Shown: positions 39,201 to 54,200 of the stretch, piece by piece | How the letters are laid out: each line of letters starts with the position of its first letter | Position numbering within the stretch: position 1 is the first letter of the stretch | Made by a program: the position numbers and the translations under genes | The notes under the pieces: generated by a model | Seen by the model: only the letters and a program-made list of their open reading frames with translations | The model's database searches: none | Told to the model about the DNA's origin: nothing | Source of the DNA: Camelus ferus | Lineage: Eukaryota | Assembly: GCF_009834535.1 (NCBI RefSeq) | Contig: NC_045696.1 | Coordinates: 60,576,001-60,640,000 of the forward strand | Direction of reading: 5' to 3' | DNA length: 64,000 bases

Positions 39201-42200
39201 TACTCTTTCACAATGATGACTTTTCCCATTTATATCACCTATAACTATTTTAAGGAACCTTATTTAAATGTTAACTTAACGTCTCCAACTACTAAAATAA
39301 GAACATGGAGCTTATGACTGTTTCCAGCTCATTCACTGCTGTATCCACAGCACCTAGAAGAGTACCTGCTGGTCTGTAGGCACTCAGCATTTGGAATCCC
39401 CAGATTAGCAGAGATCCTAAAGGCCCAGATCCTGTCTCTGGCAGTCCCTGCTTCAAGCAACAGACAGGGTTCTAGATCCTTCTGTGTCAGCCTAAACTCA
39501 TTTAAGGTTTGGGCATATGGATGACACTTTCATGTAAGTAACCTACTGAGTCAACTAAGTCAAAATGTTATTACTTTAAACTAAAGTAACTAGTTTATAT
39601 GTTCATACTCTAGAAATAAACTCTGCTCTCCCTTCACTGAATTAATAGGATATTTTATAAATACTCAGCAAAAAAGAAGGAAAGACAATATACAGCAGCA
39701 ATGAAAAAGTCTGTTGCTCATATCTGTTAAACAGAGCATGGATTTAAAAAAAATAAAATTTTTACGATTATCTTGCTGAGTATAATAATTACTCTAAAAA
39801 GACTTAAGAAAACATTAATCTAGTAGGCCCAAACTATAGATTAAGTTAAATACATCTGAAAAAAAAGGAAAATTAATGCTGATATTTCAAGGATGACACT
39901 CTAACAGCCTAGTTCAAATATTCTTTTTCTTAAGTTAAATACAATTGACCTATAATACTATAAATTCTAGGCATACAACATAATGATTTGATACTTCTCT
40001 ACATTATAAACTGATCATCACCAAATATTCTTATAAAACATTAACAGTTGGTCTGATTTAGAATAATCTCATTTCCACTGAAATAGTTTCCAACATTCCT
40101 TTACCAAACATCTTTATATAGATTAATTACATAATTAATAAGTGAAAAGAGCAGTAAGTATGGGATGGTAATTAAGAAGGGCTTTAGTTAGGCCTAGACT
40201 TGGATTCAGCCTCTATCACTTGTAACTATGAGACCTTGGGTAAGCCACTTTCTAGAGTTTCTTACCTAAAAAATGTAAGTAATACTGAACCTCAAAGGTA
40301 CTGAGGCAACTGTCGGGAAAAAACCCCAAATATATTATAGTACAGTGCTTAAATACATAGTAAACACATAATGTTAATGATATTCAGATAAGATACTGCT
40401 TTGGATTTTTAAAAAAAATGTTTTTTCTCCTTTTAAACCATTTTTGATAATCTTTCTAAAATTATCTTCCTAAAAATATTCTTATCTGCAATATCACAGC
40501 AATAGTCGTCAAGTTATAGGCTAGTGGGAATCAGCATGTCTGGAATGAGCTCTAGGATTCAGTGTCTTGAACAAACAGTCCTAACAAATTGAAAAGCACG
40601 AAGTCAAATGACCACACTTTAAGAGTAATCTCGCTCCTGAGCATATATCCCGAAGGAACCCTACTTCAAAAAAACACCTGCACCCCAATGTTCATAGAAG
40701 CACTATTTACAACAGCCAAGACATGGAAACAGCCTAGATGTCCATCGACAGATGACTGGATAAAGAAGATGTGGTGTATTTATACAATGGAATACTATTC
40801 AGCCATAAAAAGACGTAACACCATTTGCAGCAACATGGATGTCCCTGAAGAATGTCATTCTAAGTGAAGTAAGCCAGAAAGAGAAAGAAAAATACCATAT
40901 GAGATCACTCATATGTGGAATCTAATAAAAAAAAAAAAAAAGAACATAAATACAAAACAGAAACAGACTCATAGACACAGAATACAAACTTGTGGTTGCC
41001 AAGGGGGTGGGGGGTGGGAAGGGATAGACTGGGATTTCAAAATTTGTAGATACTGACAGGCATATGCAGAATAGATAAGATTATACTGTACAGCACAGGG
41101 AAATGTATACAAGACCTTGTGGTAGCTCACAGTGAAAAAAAAAAGTGACAATGAATATATGTACGTTCACGTATAACTGAAAATTGTGCTTTACACTGGA
41201 ATTTGACACAACATTGTAAACTGACTATAACTCAATAAAAAAAATGTTTAAAAAAACCCCACTGAATTATGAGTACTCAGCAAGCAATTCAACCTTTTCT
41301 TGAGGCCCCTCGGTAACCACTACAAACAACTAATACTGAGCCCACCTGTGACACAACGAAGCCCTAGGGGCTAGCCAGGTGTGTGGTCCCATGCCAAAAC
41401 CAACCCCCCTCCCCCCCCTCAGCGTCTGACTCTCACATCACTGTTATCCTTTACCAGGGGGCCCAGCTATCATTTTCACTATTGTCACAGTGTGCCTGTC
41501 TCCAGAAGAATTCACTTTTAGACCTTTTCAATTTTCTTCTAATATGCTACAGTCTAGAAAATACATAGCCAAGTCTATGTGGATAACTATAATAAAATTA
41601 AGTTGGTACTCTCTGAAAGGACCAAAGTTATTTTTGTATGTATTGTACTAAGTCATGTTACATCCATTTGAACATCTCAGAAGTCAATTCTAAATCCCAC
41701 CTTTCAAACTGTGATCAGTTAAGTTGTAACTGTCAAATACATGACCTCCAGATAAGTGAAGTGTGTGTATGTGTATACGTGTGTGTGTGTGTGTGTGTGT
41801 GTCTCTCTCTCTATATATATATATAAGTATATGGACAATCTCACATACATGTTTGTATGTATGCATGCAAATACAAATATAAGTGTTAATCCAAAAAGGT
41901 CCCATTTCCCTGCATGGTTTTCCAAATTCTCTCCATACATTTTATGTCTGGTCCATTTCATTAAAATTCTGACTCTTCAAATTATTAATATTATATAAGA
42001 GTATTACCTTTGAAAGATTTTATAAAAATGAAACATTTTACCACAAGGCTATCCAAATACAAAACATTATATCTAAACACTTACATAGCACCTACACACA
42101 AAATTCATAGCACTCTGTAAATGGCATAGTCTACACAGATAGAGAAATTCAAGAGTTTTCTTAAGGTCACCAAAGTTATCACCAAAAACTGCATTCAAGG

Positions 42201-45200
42201 ACAAACAACCGATCACTAGTTACTAAACTAATGACTAAACCAATGACTAAAAATTTTTAAATTTTCTATTATATAAAAAGACATCACCAAAACAATTATA
42301 TTTGCACCAAAACAATTATAGTTTGCTCTTTTCTTTATTAGCTCCTAAGAAATGCTGGACTACTTTTCAGAAAATTCTATCAAAATATAAGTAATTTTTT
42401 TAAAGTTTAGAGTTACTTCAAACCATCTCTAAACTGAAATTCCAGTATTCTCCCTGAGCACAATAATGAATTACAGCTAAGAAAATACTAATTTTTTCAT
42501 GCAACCTGCCAACAAAGTATTTATAAACTAAAATCAGTTTATGACAGAATTAGATACTTGATTATATTTCCTGTGCAGAAAAAAAAAATTCTTCTCTTCC
42601 TTGTTTTTTTGTGCTAAATTTAAAATATCTATATACCGATGCATAAGTCTCTAGGGGGTGTTTTTAAAATTACTATAAAGACATTTTGTTGTTGTTGCCT
42701 AGATCTACTGAACTTTTGTTACTGTATTACCATGCGAACTGTTCATCAATTTATATCACTTTTTCTACTTACCTATTCGATTTACACAAGAGATAAAAAC
42801 TTAAAAAAAATTTGCAACAACCAGTGTTATATTATTTTTAGGAACAGGAGGGAGAGCAGAGTGGAATTAGGGTGGCCAACTTAAAACCTATCATGCTCTT
42901 TAGTTTTTACAGAACAGTTTCATTCCCAAACACTAGGTATAATGACTGAATTTGAAAAGCTGAAAAAATCAAACTAAGCCTGTATCACTAGTGGATGCTA
43001 ATACAAAATGAATCCTGTGCCCACTCAAAACTGGCCACCATGTCCCAGAAAGATGGCTCATCTTTTGGCCTACTAAAATTGGAAACCCCAAGCTCGATTC
43101 TTCAGAAGTGTCTTTCTTATCTAATAAAGTGGGCAGTTATGGGGGCACCACCAAGAGTGACAGTGATAAGGGCAGAGGGAAGAATAAAAAAAGATACAAA
43201 GTATAATATAAATATACTATGGGAAAAATCTATAGCTTGTATCTAAATTACTGCTTCAAAATGTCCTTTCCCAATAGAATTAAATTCATACATATGTCCA
43301 TTATCATCTTACTATTAATGAAAATTACACCAATCAAAAGTAAATTGCAGTGTTTCTTTAAAAACCTTACCAATAATATTAGATGGAAAACCTATTTCCA
43401 ACATTCACTCATTCAATAAACAGCAAGTACCCATTAATTGCATGGCACTGTGCTGGAAGTTGTAAAGGAACACAGCAAATTTATTACACACAATTATTCT
43501 TACCTTCAGCTGAAATCCAGTTTCATTCACAGTCTCCTTCCAGTTACCTTCCTAAAAATTAAAGTTAATTTTAGATATCACTGCAAAATGTAACAGCCCA
43601 CAAGGAATATTCCAAATTAAATAAATTAAATACCTATTATTCTGTTCTTCTTTCAAGGGAGATGGAAGAGATAGGTTAAAAAATGCTAACCTTTTCAAAG
43701 TTAAACATGCAACCCAAATTCTAAAAGATTACCAAAGACGGACCCAAGATTTTATAGATTCGGGTTTCAAAAAGACAAAGACCAACTTTGATACCAGAAA
43801 GTACCATCTTTAGTACCTTTAAGTATAAAAATGTTAGCCAAAGGAATTATGTAATCCAACAATTTGGAAATTCAAAACAGAACAAACCATGAAATGCATA
43901 TAAATTAACAAAGCTGCTCCAAAAAGATCCTTAGGAATAAGCACTCCACAATTTAGTATTTAAAAAATCCCAAGTCAAATTAATTTTTTTTAAATACCAA
44001 ATAAAAGAAAAATACCTGTGTTAAAAACAAATAGAAGATTTTGTCTCTACAAAGGATGGGATGTGAAGCAACTCTCAGGAGGAAGTTTTCTAAACCAATT
44101 CGTCGTCTTTCCACAAAATCTGGGTCCATGTTGTCAGCAGAGAGTTTATGCCAAACAAATTCTGCCTAGATAGACAAAACAATTATGAAGAATAATCTCA
44201 ATGCTAAATACTTCTAAACTATACTGCCATTTCACTTCTTACCCTTTTCTCTGGTAGAGGTGGCACAACAATATGTGGATAGCAAACTAAAAGGTAGTTT
44301 CTCAACAACTCAAATTCACTATACCGCCTCCATAGTGAGTCTGTTAGGACACTCTGACCATCAGTATGTTCAACTGACCTGAAAAAGATAGAATAAGATT
44401 TCTATCGTTTTTTTAAAAAATACAAATGCATGCACACAACCTCCTTTAACATTGGGAACTCTATTTACTGAAGGCTTGTGAACCAGGCACTGAGTAAAGA
44501 ACCTTCCATGTATAAGCCTTATAACAACCCTGGTGAAGCAGGGATTATTGTCCCCATTTCACAGATGAGGAAGCAGCTGCACAACATATGCTTCTTCTAC
44601 AATCACAAAGATCTACGATCAGCATCAGAACCATTGATCCCCAAGCCCTCAATACACAGTATTTCAGTTGATGTATAATAGCTGACTTTACAATATAGTA
44701 AAATCTGGCTTAGCCAATGTTTCATTAAAGAAAAAGTATTTTTAACTGCACTTCTGCCACAATGAGAGAACAACATTCATGCCAAAGACCTTGACACTGA
44801 AAAAATCTTGATTCAATGTTATAAATGAATCAGATGCATCCAAGTACCAGAAAATATCCACAAAAGCAAAATGTTATCTCTGAAAGGCTGGGGGAGAAGG
44901 GATGTAAAAATTCAACTCCAGTCTCATCTTTAATACAAAGAACTGCAGGCAGCGGGGTGGGTGCAGCTCAATGGTAGAGCGCATGCTTAGCATGCACGAG
45001 GTCCTGGGTTCAGTCCCTGGTACCATCATTAAGCAAACAAACAAACAACTGCAGGAAATGCCATGTCTCATTCATAGAAAAGTTTGATTTATAGTTAGGG
45101 GAAAGTTAGGGTAAAAATTATATAAAGAATATGTGAAATTATTTTGCTTAAGATTTCTGCTAGCACAATCATTGCTAGAAAACATCAGTCTTCTAAACAT

Positions 45201-48200
45201 TATCAGAACCTTCCCATTTTCTAATTGTGTGCTTGACCATAACTTACAGGCCCTCCAAGAAACATCATATAACCAAAATGTGCGTTTGTACATTATGGCA
45301 TAAAGGTATGGAGGTCAAGTCAGTCTTAAAATAAGGTCCTGAGAAAATATATGCACTATGACATGCTCAACACAAGAGATAGTCAATGTTTTTATTATTT
45401 GTTTAATGTATTTTATTATATTAAGTTTGCCACTAAATTTATTCACAGTACATTAATAAAAAAAGGAAACAAAATACGAAATTTAAAGTGTACAAATGGC
45501 TACCATGGCAAAAATATAGCATTATTAAATCATAATTCATTTTAAAGAGTTGACCTAACCATTAGCTATGGTTAATATTATTCTAATTCAGTTTTCAACT
45601 TTAGTTGAAAAAAGTATCTTGGGTTAACAAGCTTCAAATTATTCGATATCATCACCAACAGAACCCACATCTTGCTAATAACTAGATAAACAAGCAGTAC
45701 ACTTAAAGGCCTTTAGAAGACTTGTTACATGTTGGTGGGGTTTTTTTTTTTTTCGGTCTTAAAGGCCATTAAAGACAGGGTCCAGTCATTGGAAGATGGC
45801 TAGAAGTACAGAGACTTTCTTTGGACCACAAAACTACCCCATTTATCTAATCATTTAACAAATGTTTAATAGCACATAACTGGATTTACATGCAACATTT
45901 AATTTCACCCTCACAATGAAGTAGACAGTATCACTAGCCCTGTTTCACAGATTAGAAGAGCTAAGTAAAGACATCATACAACCTCCCAAGCCATCAAGGC
46001 ATTCTTACCCATTATTACATACAGTATTCTTACCTATTTTAAAAGGGTTCATATTCTATGAACAGGAAAAGATAAAATCCCTGGAACAATTAAACTCAGT
46101 GACTTTAGCTTTATTCATTCTTAGCCAATTAAACTATAACACTTTAGGCAGTTGCTAAATGGACTTTCCACATGTGTCCAAAGAGTAAGTAGATAAGCTA
46201 TATGATGTAAGTTCAACTTTTAGTTAATATCTAAGCTCAATAATATTCATATTATCCAAGATTATCTGCATAACACTGAATTACAGAAAGATTCCTACAT
46301 GATTAAATTAAGAAATTCCAGGGTCCCATGGTTGCTGAAGGTTAGCCTTAGGGGTACAGTACTCATGAAATAATCTATTCAAAAACAGTATTTCTCAAAG
46401 ATATGTACCTGATATGGAGTAGGCAAGAATTTAAAAACAGGGAAAACACAAATCACAAAGAAAAAAAGACATAAATTTGATTATCTTAAAATGTAAAGCC
46501 TTGAAAAGATAATTAACTTTATGATCCATGGTCCATCTGCTTCAAAAACATCTGGAGCTTTAGTTAAAATATGTCAATTCCTGAACCCCACCCACAACTC
46601 TGCAACTTAACAAATTCTCCAGGAGATTTTTATATATTTTAAAATTTGAGAACCATTGTTTTAAAACAAATTTATAATGAAGTGCAATTGTGAAAGTCAA
46701 CTCAACAGTCCTTTTGTACACCACACATTTACTGATGATCCACTTAGATGTTTATTCAGAGTCTAGCTATATTACTCAAGCATGGCCACTTCTAATTCCT
46801 AGTTTCAAATTATAATACTCTATTCATTTCAAAGTCAAGAGTAAACAACTATAAATTATTCCAGATTATTCAAATCAAGATTCCCTTCCAGCAGTAATAT
46901 TAATCAACAGCTAATTTCATTGTTCAACTGGGTGAAGAAATAGGTATACGCTAAAAATATCCTTTTTAGTTTTAAATTTAAGAATTTGCTTAGAAAGCTA
47001 AAGCCAACACAAATTTCTTAAGTACGATTTTTTAAGTGGCTAACTTAACTTAAAGAAAAAAAAAAAAAACCCTCTCATGGGACCATTTAAAACAAAAATC
47101 TCTGTGATACATACATGCATCATACATGCATATATGTATGTCACAAAACAACTTTTCTTTAAAAACAACCCATTTTTTTAAGAGACCTACCTTAGCTCTT
47201 TTCCCGAAATTCCTATGGTACACCAATTTTCTATAAAAGTTTTCTCATACCTACTTGTTTTAATTGAAACTATTTCTGCTCAGTCCATAGAGAGAAAAGA
47301 ACTAGTCAGTATAGTCTTTATATAAACCGTTCATAATTGGCAAGATAAACTGAGTCGTCCCTTGTCTTTCTCTAGACAAAACAGCCCAATTCCTTTAACT
47401 TTTTGCTTATGAGGTAAAAGACAACTTTTCTGTTGAGTTTTGATTTCTTATAACATGATTTACTTCATCTTTTCAATTTTACCCCGAAGTCTAAAGATCC
47501 AGTCTCAATCAAGTTTTCCCTGTTAATTTCTCTGTAACTCCCAACTCTACTAAAATGACTCAGACCATATTCTCTCCTCCTAGACTTCTCTGTTAGCCAT
47601 CTCCACTTACCTAAGTCCACTTCCAACACCCCTGAGAACCTGGTATCTTTTCCAAAAATCACACAAGGACTGTAACACCAAGAGCTCTACTAAAACGTGT
47701 TAAGGAACATTCCAGATCCCAAAGTACTCCACTAACTTTCCCTCTCCCCTCAGAACAAGTATGCCAGAATACAACTACCAAGAGTACTGTAGTAAAAGAC
47801 ACATCTGCTTACCGTACCTGTTAAAAAGTAAAGAAACAACAACAAAAATCCCTAAAAAGACAATGACCTGTAAACAATTCCATTAGACAACAGAATTTGC
47901 ATCAATAGCCACCAAAGCCCTTTCTACCTAAACCTAGGCATAATTATCATCACTCACCTTGTTTCAATGAGGTAAGCAGTGTATGTTTCTTGCATGTTCA
48001 TGGCATTTCTTCCAGTTCGCTTTTCTGCTTCTGAAACACTAATTTCTATCTTCTTCAACCAAAAATTATTTTCTGTCATCTGAAGAAAAAGAAATGGAAG
48101 AACAACAACAACAACAAAAACTCTTCAAAATGATATGGAAAAAACCTCAGCTATTATAATGAAACCCATTGTTAGCACATGTTTCAAGCTACTTTCATAT

Positions 48201-51200
48201 AGCTCTTGAGAGGGGTTGCTAAATGACAGCAGCAAATGATACACCTCTTTTTATAAGCACACTGTAGTGCACTAAACTTTTCCGGAAGCTATTTTAACAA
48301 GTATCATATATCTAATTATTAAAATGCAGGCAAGATAATAGGAGAAAAATTAAAGTAAAATGTAGACATTTCACATAAGTGACCAATAATAAATCTATAT
48401 AGACATGCATAAGAAAAAAATCTAAAAACACTGTATATAAAGATGAATGAGCCTCAATACCAGTATCTAATCTTTTTATTTCACCAAAGTCAAGTCTCTC
48501 TCACAAATGTAAAATACTATATATATGACAAAAGGTGAGATTTTCAGCGGGCAGGTTAAAAAAAAACAAACAAAGCACAGCAGGAGTCATCACATATTCA
48601 ACTATAAATCTGCCTAAACTTTCTGGCAGTAGTTAACAGGCTCCACTGTGAGACAGCAGCTTTTAAGAAGAGGAGAATCCTTTCTATTCTTGCTAGATCC
48701 CCAGGTCTGGAACAAAGCACACACACACACACAAAAAATAGACAAACCCACCACTGGTGTTCATAAGTTGTATGTGTAGGAAGTGTGACACAGAAGAAGA
48801 GTTCTGAATATACCTGAAGTAACTCCAAGTTTAAACAAGGCAGATGCTGTGAGACACGTGTTAACTGCTGCGCTTTGGGTTTTTTCCTCCCTTGGTCACT
48901 TTTAAAGTTCGCAGGTGGGTTTTAATTAAAAACACTATTATGTCCTATATGGTAGTTTGTGAAGAGATGTAAGTAAAAAGATGGATACACCAAAAGGTGA
49001 GAGAAAAAGCTGCATCCAGTAAAACTCATGATGGTACTTTGCACAGAAAATTAAACCTGTGTGCTATGAAGACAGAATAAGTTATGTGATAGCACACAAA
49101 ATTAAGTATCAGTGATGAATAAAGATGACACACACTTTGGAAGTACCCCCCAAAATGCTGAAGAAAAATGGAGACGATAAAAATGCTAAAAAATAAAGGA
49201 TTAGAGAATTAAGACTCAACCCAAAACAAAAACAAAAACCACTCCATTGTTAAATAAGACATTTTTATAAAATGTAAGTTTTACGTTTATGTACTAAAAG
49301 ATAAGATAAGAGGAAATCATTTAACTCAAAGAAAGCTCAAGAAATTACATAAGAACAAACCACTCAACATCAGGATTATGAAGCCCTCACTAGTTGAGAT
49401 TATCATACAAAAACTCGTAATTCTGGTCCACAGCCAAGCCAAGCCTTCTGATTTACCACCATGTACTCTAGTAAAAAATTCCCTGAATTCTGGAAGCACA
49501 TGATTGATAAAGCAAACTGTCTCCCAGCCAAAAAGATAATGCACATGAGTCAAAAATTTACTCCATCATGTTATCCAATTACACAGAAGGAAAAAAATAA
49601 AAGAATAAAATCTGCCATCATGAAAACTAAAGAATGGCACACAAAGATCCAGCAGGGTTTGGCAGATGATATAAAATTGCTGCTACTGTCACACTCAAGC
49701 ACAAAGAGTGCCAAGAGTAACACAACTAATACCATAACTGTTAAAAGAACACATTCAAAAGATTTAGACATGGATAGACTTGATGACTGGAAGATGAGAC
49801 CAGGAGTGTGTTTTAAAGAGAGACACGATATTCTAGATGTATTCAAAGTGGACTTCTTACCAGAGTGAAGAACATCATTAAAGAAACAGTAACACTACAC
49901 TCATATCCTACACTTATATTCAAAGGAATAATGTTCCAAAAGTAGATTCTTGATATGTGTACTTTCTATCTGACTTAAGACTAAAAAAAATATAGAAGGT
50001 GGACATATTTAAAAGGCTGATGAAATTCTTTATTTCCAATTCAATGAGTGAAAATGAATATAATCTACTTTAAGTTTTTTCTATGTTGCAAACAGTGAAA
50101 TGTAAAAGTAGGCATAAAACAGGTAACAGAGACAAAAGAAATGATAAGAAGCTATTAATTCAATAACTATGCATTGAGTATCCACAATGCCAGTCATTAG
50201 CAATGGGAGGATAACTGAGACAAGGAACCCGAGTTCAGTGGCTCACAGCTTGCCTGGGTAATTCTTGCCCTCCATTGAGCTACTGGCCATCTGTGGTGTT
50301 CTTTAGGATTAAAGACAAAAAGAAGGCTAACATTAATATAACAAAATTCAAGACTGTAGATGAAAAGAGTTGGAGTGTCTATAGTATTTAGTTAATTTTA
50401 TTTAAATCACACACTAAAAATAATTACATTTATCATAATATTACAAATTATGGGGAAAATTAAAAGAAAACAGAAAAATATTTTTAAAAGGAAGAAAATT
50501 AAAAGAAAACAGGCCAACCCCCCCCAAAACAAAAAAAACCCAAGCAGATTGAGATGAATATGGAGCTAACTCAGAAGAAAAAGAATGCAAAGAAAGAAAA
50601 ATAAATAGCAAAAATAAAATACATTCCGGGCAGTAAAACTGACACCACAAAAAAATCAAATTAGTACGAAGATAACATAGTTTGGGAAGCTTCCCCAGAA
50701 TGCTGAAGGAAAAAAAGATCCAAAAAAGGTGAAAATGATAAAAGATAATTTAAAAAAGGAAATCTAAGAACCAACATTTAAGTAGAATTTCTTGAAGAAG
50801 AAATCAGAAGAAACAGAACAGAAACAATAATCATCAATACAATTAAAAAGAAAAAGAAACCAACAGACATCCTTCCTGGATTGAAAAAAATTTTTCTTAG
50901 TCTTCAAATTGAAAGGCATATGGTCCATGTGTAATGAGTTAGAAAATTAAACATTTTCAGCATGAAGAAAACAAAAATCCTAGAAAGATTTAAGCAGAAA
51001 AATAAGAAACAAGACCACTACAAAAGAATAAAGACCAAATTTGTCCTAGATTTCACAATAATAAAGTCCAAATGACAAGAGTATCATGTATACAGGACAT
51101 CCCTGAAATATTATAAAACATACTAACACATTGTTCCTTTAAAAATACTTAATCCCAGCAGGACTTTTTTGAGAAACTGGTGAATTGTTCCTAAAATTTA

Positions 51201-54200
51201 CATGGAAATATAAAGGACCTAGAATAGTCGAAACAATTTTGAAAAATTAACAAGTTGCAGGACCTACACTATCTGGAGTTTCAAAACTTATTAAAAAGCT
51301 AAAGTAATCAAGACAGTGAGGTAATAGCAGAAGGACATGACATAGAGATCAATGAAATAGAACTGAGAATCCAGAAATAAACCCTTACATTTAAGGTCAA
51401 CTGTTTGTAATAAACACACCAAACCAAGTCAATATGGAATGGAAAGTCTTTTCAACATATGGTACTGAGACTACTGAATACCCACAGCACCCCCCCTCCA
51501 AAAGTAGACCGTTTTCTCACGCCAAACACAGAAATTAACTCAAAGTGGCTTACACACTCAGATATAAGAGCTAAAGTGGAAATTTCTCATGGTCTTGGGA
51601 TAAGCAAAGAGTGCTTAGATACAATACCAAAAGCACAATCCATCAAAGAAAATAACTGATATACTAGACTTCATCAAAATTAAAAACTTTTGGTCTTCTA
51701 AAGACACCACCAAGAAAAAGAAAAAAGCCACAGCCTGGGGGAAAAATATCTGTAAATCTTATTATCTGATTTAAAAAAAACTTGTATCCAGAATACCTAA
51801 ACAACATGTACAACTCAGCAACAAGAGAAACCAGCCAATTTCAAAAATAAGCAAAAAATCTGAATAGACATTCCACCAAAGAACATATACAAATGGCAAT
51901 AAGCACATGAAAAGATGCTCAACACCTTCAGTCATGAGAAAAATGCAAATTAAAACCACTTCACACCCACAAGAATGGCTATAATCAGACAGACAATGCC
52001 AAGTGCTGACAAGGATGTGGCAAAATGTGGGCCTCATACATTGCTGGCAGTAATGTTAAATGGTACAGCCACTTTGGAAAACTGGCAGTTTCTTAAAAAG
52101 TTAAACATAAATTTACCATATAACTCCTGCAAATCTAAGTAAACATGTATCTACACAAAGACTGGCATGTGAATGAATATTCATCATACTAGTAATATTC
52201 ATAATAGCTAAAAACTGAAAATAATCCCAACTTCCATCAAATGATAAATAAAATGTGATATATCCACGCAATCAAATATTATTCAGTAATGAAAAAATGA
52301 CTAATATATGCTATAAAATGGATGAACTTCAAAAAACATTCTAAGGCAGACTCTAAAGACAACAGGTTATATGATTCCATTTATGTGAAATACCCAAAAA
52401 GACAAATTTATACAGAAAGCAGACAGTGGCTGCCTAGGGTTAATGGTGAGAAGGGGGATTAACTACAAAGGGGAACAAAAGAATTTGGGGGGATGATAGA
52501 AATGTTCTAAAACTGGGTTATGGTGATGACTGTGCAACTCTGCAAATTTACTAAAAATTACTAAATTATATACTTACAATGAGTGATTTTTATGGTATAT
52601 AACTTACAGCTTAATAAAGTTGTTAAAAATAAAATCCATGAGTCCATAATGAAATAGACAAATAAATACAAATTTTGATGAGGAACAAGACATTTTCATA
52701 GTTTCAAAGTATGTTTCCCTAAAAAAAGATCAGAGTTGTGGTTGGGGGGGGAGGGGGAAAGATGGATGAAAGCAGTCAAAGGCACAAACTTCCAGATGTT
52801 AAGTATCAGAGATGTAAAATACAAACACTGCTGTATGTTATATATAAGAACTGTTAAAAGAGTAAGTCCTGAAAGTTTTCATCATAAGGAAAAAATTTTT
52901 TTTCTATTTAATTTTGTATCTATGAGATGATGGATGTTTACTAAACTTATTGTGGTAATCATTTTATGGTGTATGTAAGTCAAATCACTATGCTGTATGC
53001 CTTAAACATATACAGTAATGTATGCCAATTGTATCTCAATAAAACTGGAAGAAAAAAAGTATGCCTCCACAAAAAATTAATTAAAAAGGGAAAAAGTGTA
53101 ATTTTATACTGGAGAAGACTAGCAGAAAAAGTGACCAAAGTATTGGGGCAAACCCAAATCATGTGCAAACTGGTAAAAAGCAATTAGAAGAACGCAGCAT
53201 CACTTTAGTGGCAATTTCTGCAAAAGAAGCAGAACCTGAATTTAATCATGAAAAAACATCAGGCAAACCCAAACTGAAGGACATTCTAAAAAATAACTGG
53301 TTGTTAATCTTCAAGAGGGTCAAAGTCATGAAAGCAAAGACTGAGAAACTCTTCCAGCTCAGAGGAGACTAAAGATGCAAAATAAATAAACATAATACAT
53401 GAGTCTGGACTGAAACATTAGGCACTGAAGAATGCTGTTGGTACAACCGGCAAAACTTACATGAATTCTGAGGATTAGATAGCAGTAATTTATCAATGTT
53501 ATTTTAGTGATTTTGGTGCCAGCACTGTGGTTATAAAGGAGGATGTCCTTGTTTGCCCTTTGAAATAAAAGTTTTGGTGATGAAATGGGGGAATATCCTG
53601 ATCACAGTTTATACTCAAATAGTTCAGGGGGAAACAATTCTTTGTACTGCACTTGTTTATAAACTTGGTATCATTTCTATAAATGACATTATTTAAAAAA
53701 AAATCTTAATGGCCATATCATTTACATAAATAATGTTTGTCTCAGTTATGTTTTGGGGAAGAAAAAAAACAAAGACACACGCCTTCCAGATCATTACAGA
53801 GCGTAAAACCAAAGAAATTATAATCCACGAAGGAAAATTCCCAAACAGAAACCAAAGTAAGAAAGTATAAAATATGATAGAATAAAATTAGCTAAAAATA
53901 AAGCCAGTTAAGACAATAAATGCAAATGTCTTAAATTCCCCATGGGAAATAAAGACTTACAACGCAAGGCATTAAAATTATAAAATGGACAAACACAAAT
54001 AAGGTAAACTGATATCAAAAGAAACCAGTGTAGCACAGGGAATTATATTCAATACCGTGTAATAGCCTATAATGAAAAAGAATACCAAAAGGAATATATA
54101 TGTAGATATATATAGACACACATACACACAACTGAATCACTATGCTGTACATCAGAAATTAACATTGTAAATCAACTATACTTCAATGAAAAAAAAAGGA

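Noticed and set aside
44954..45025. tRNA-like sequences (also at about 2945-3017, 6243-6313 and 15477-15550)
   Set aside because: They have A-rich tails and, in two cases, TSDs, so they are SINE heads rather than tRNA genes.
48851..48862. CACGTG E-box (CLEAR-like) in intron 1
   Set aside because: A single hexamer without TCACGTGA flanks; expected by chance.
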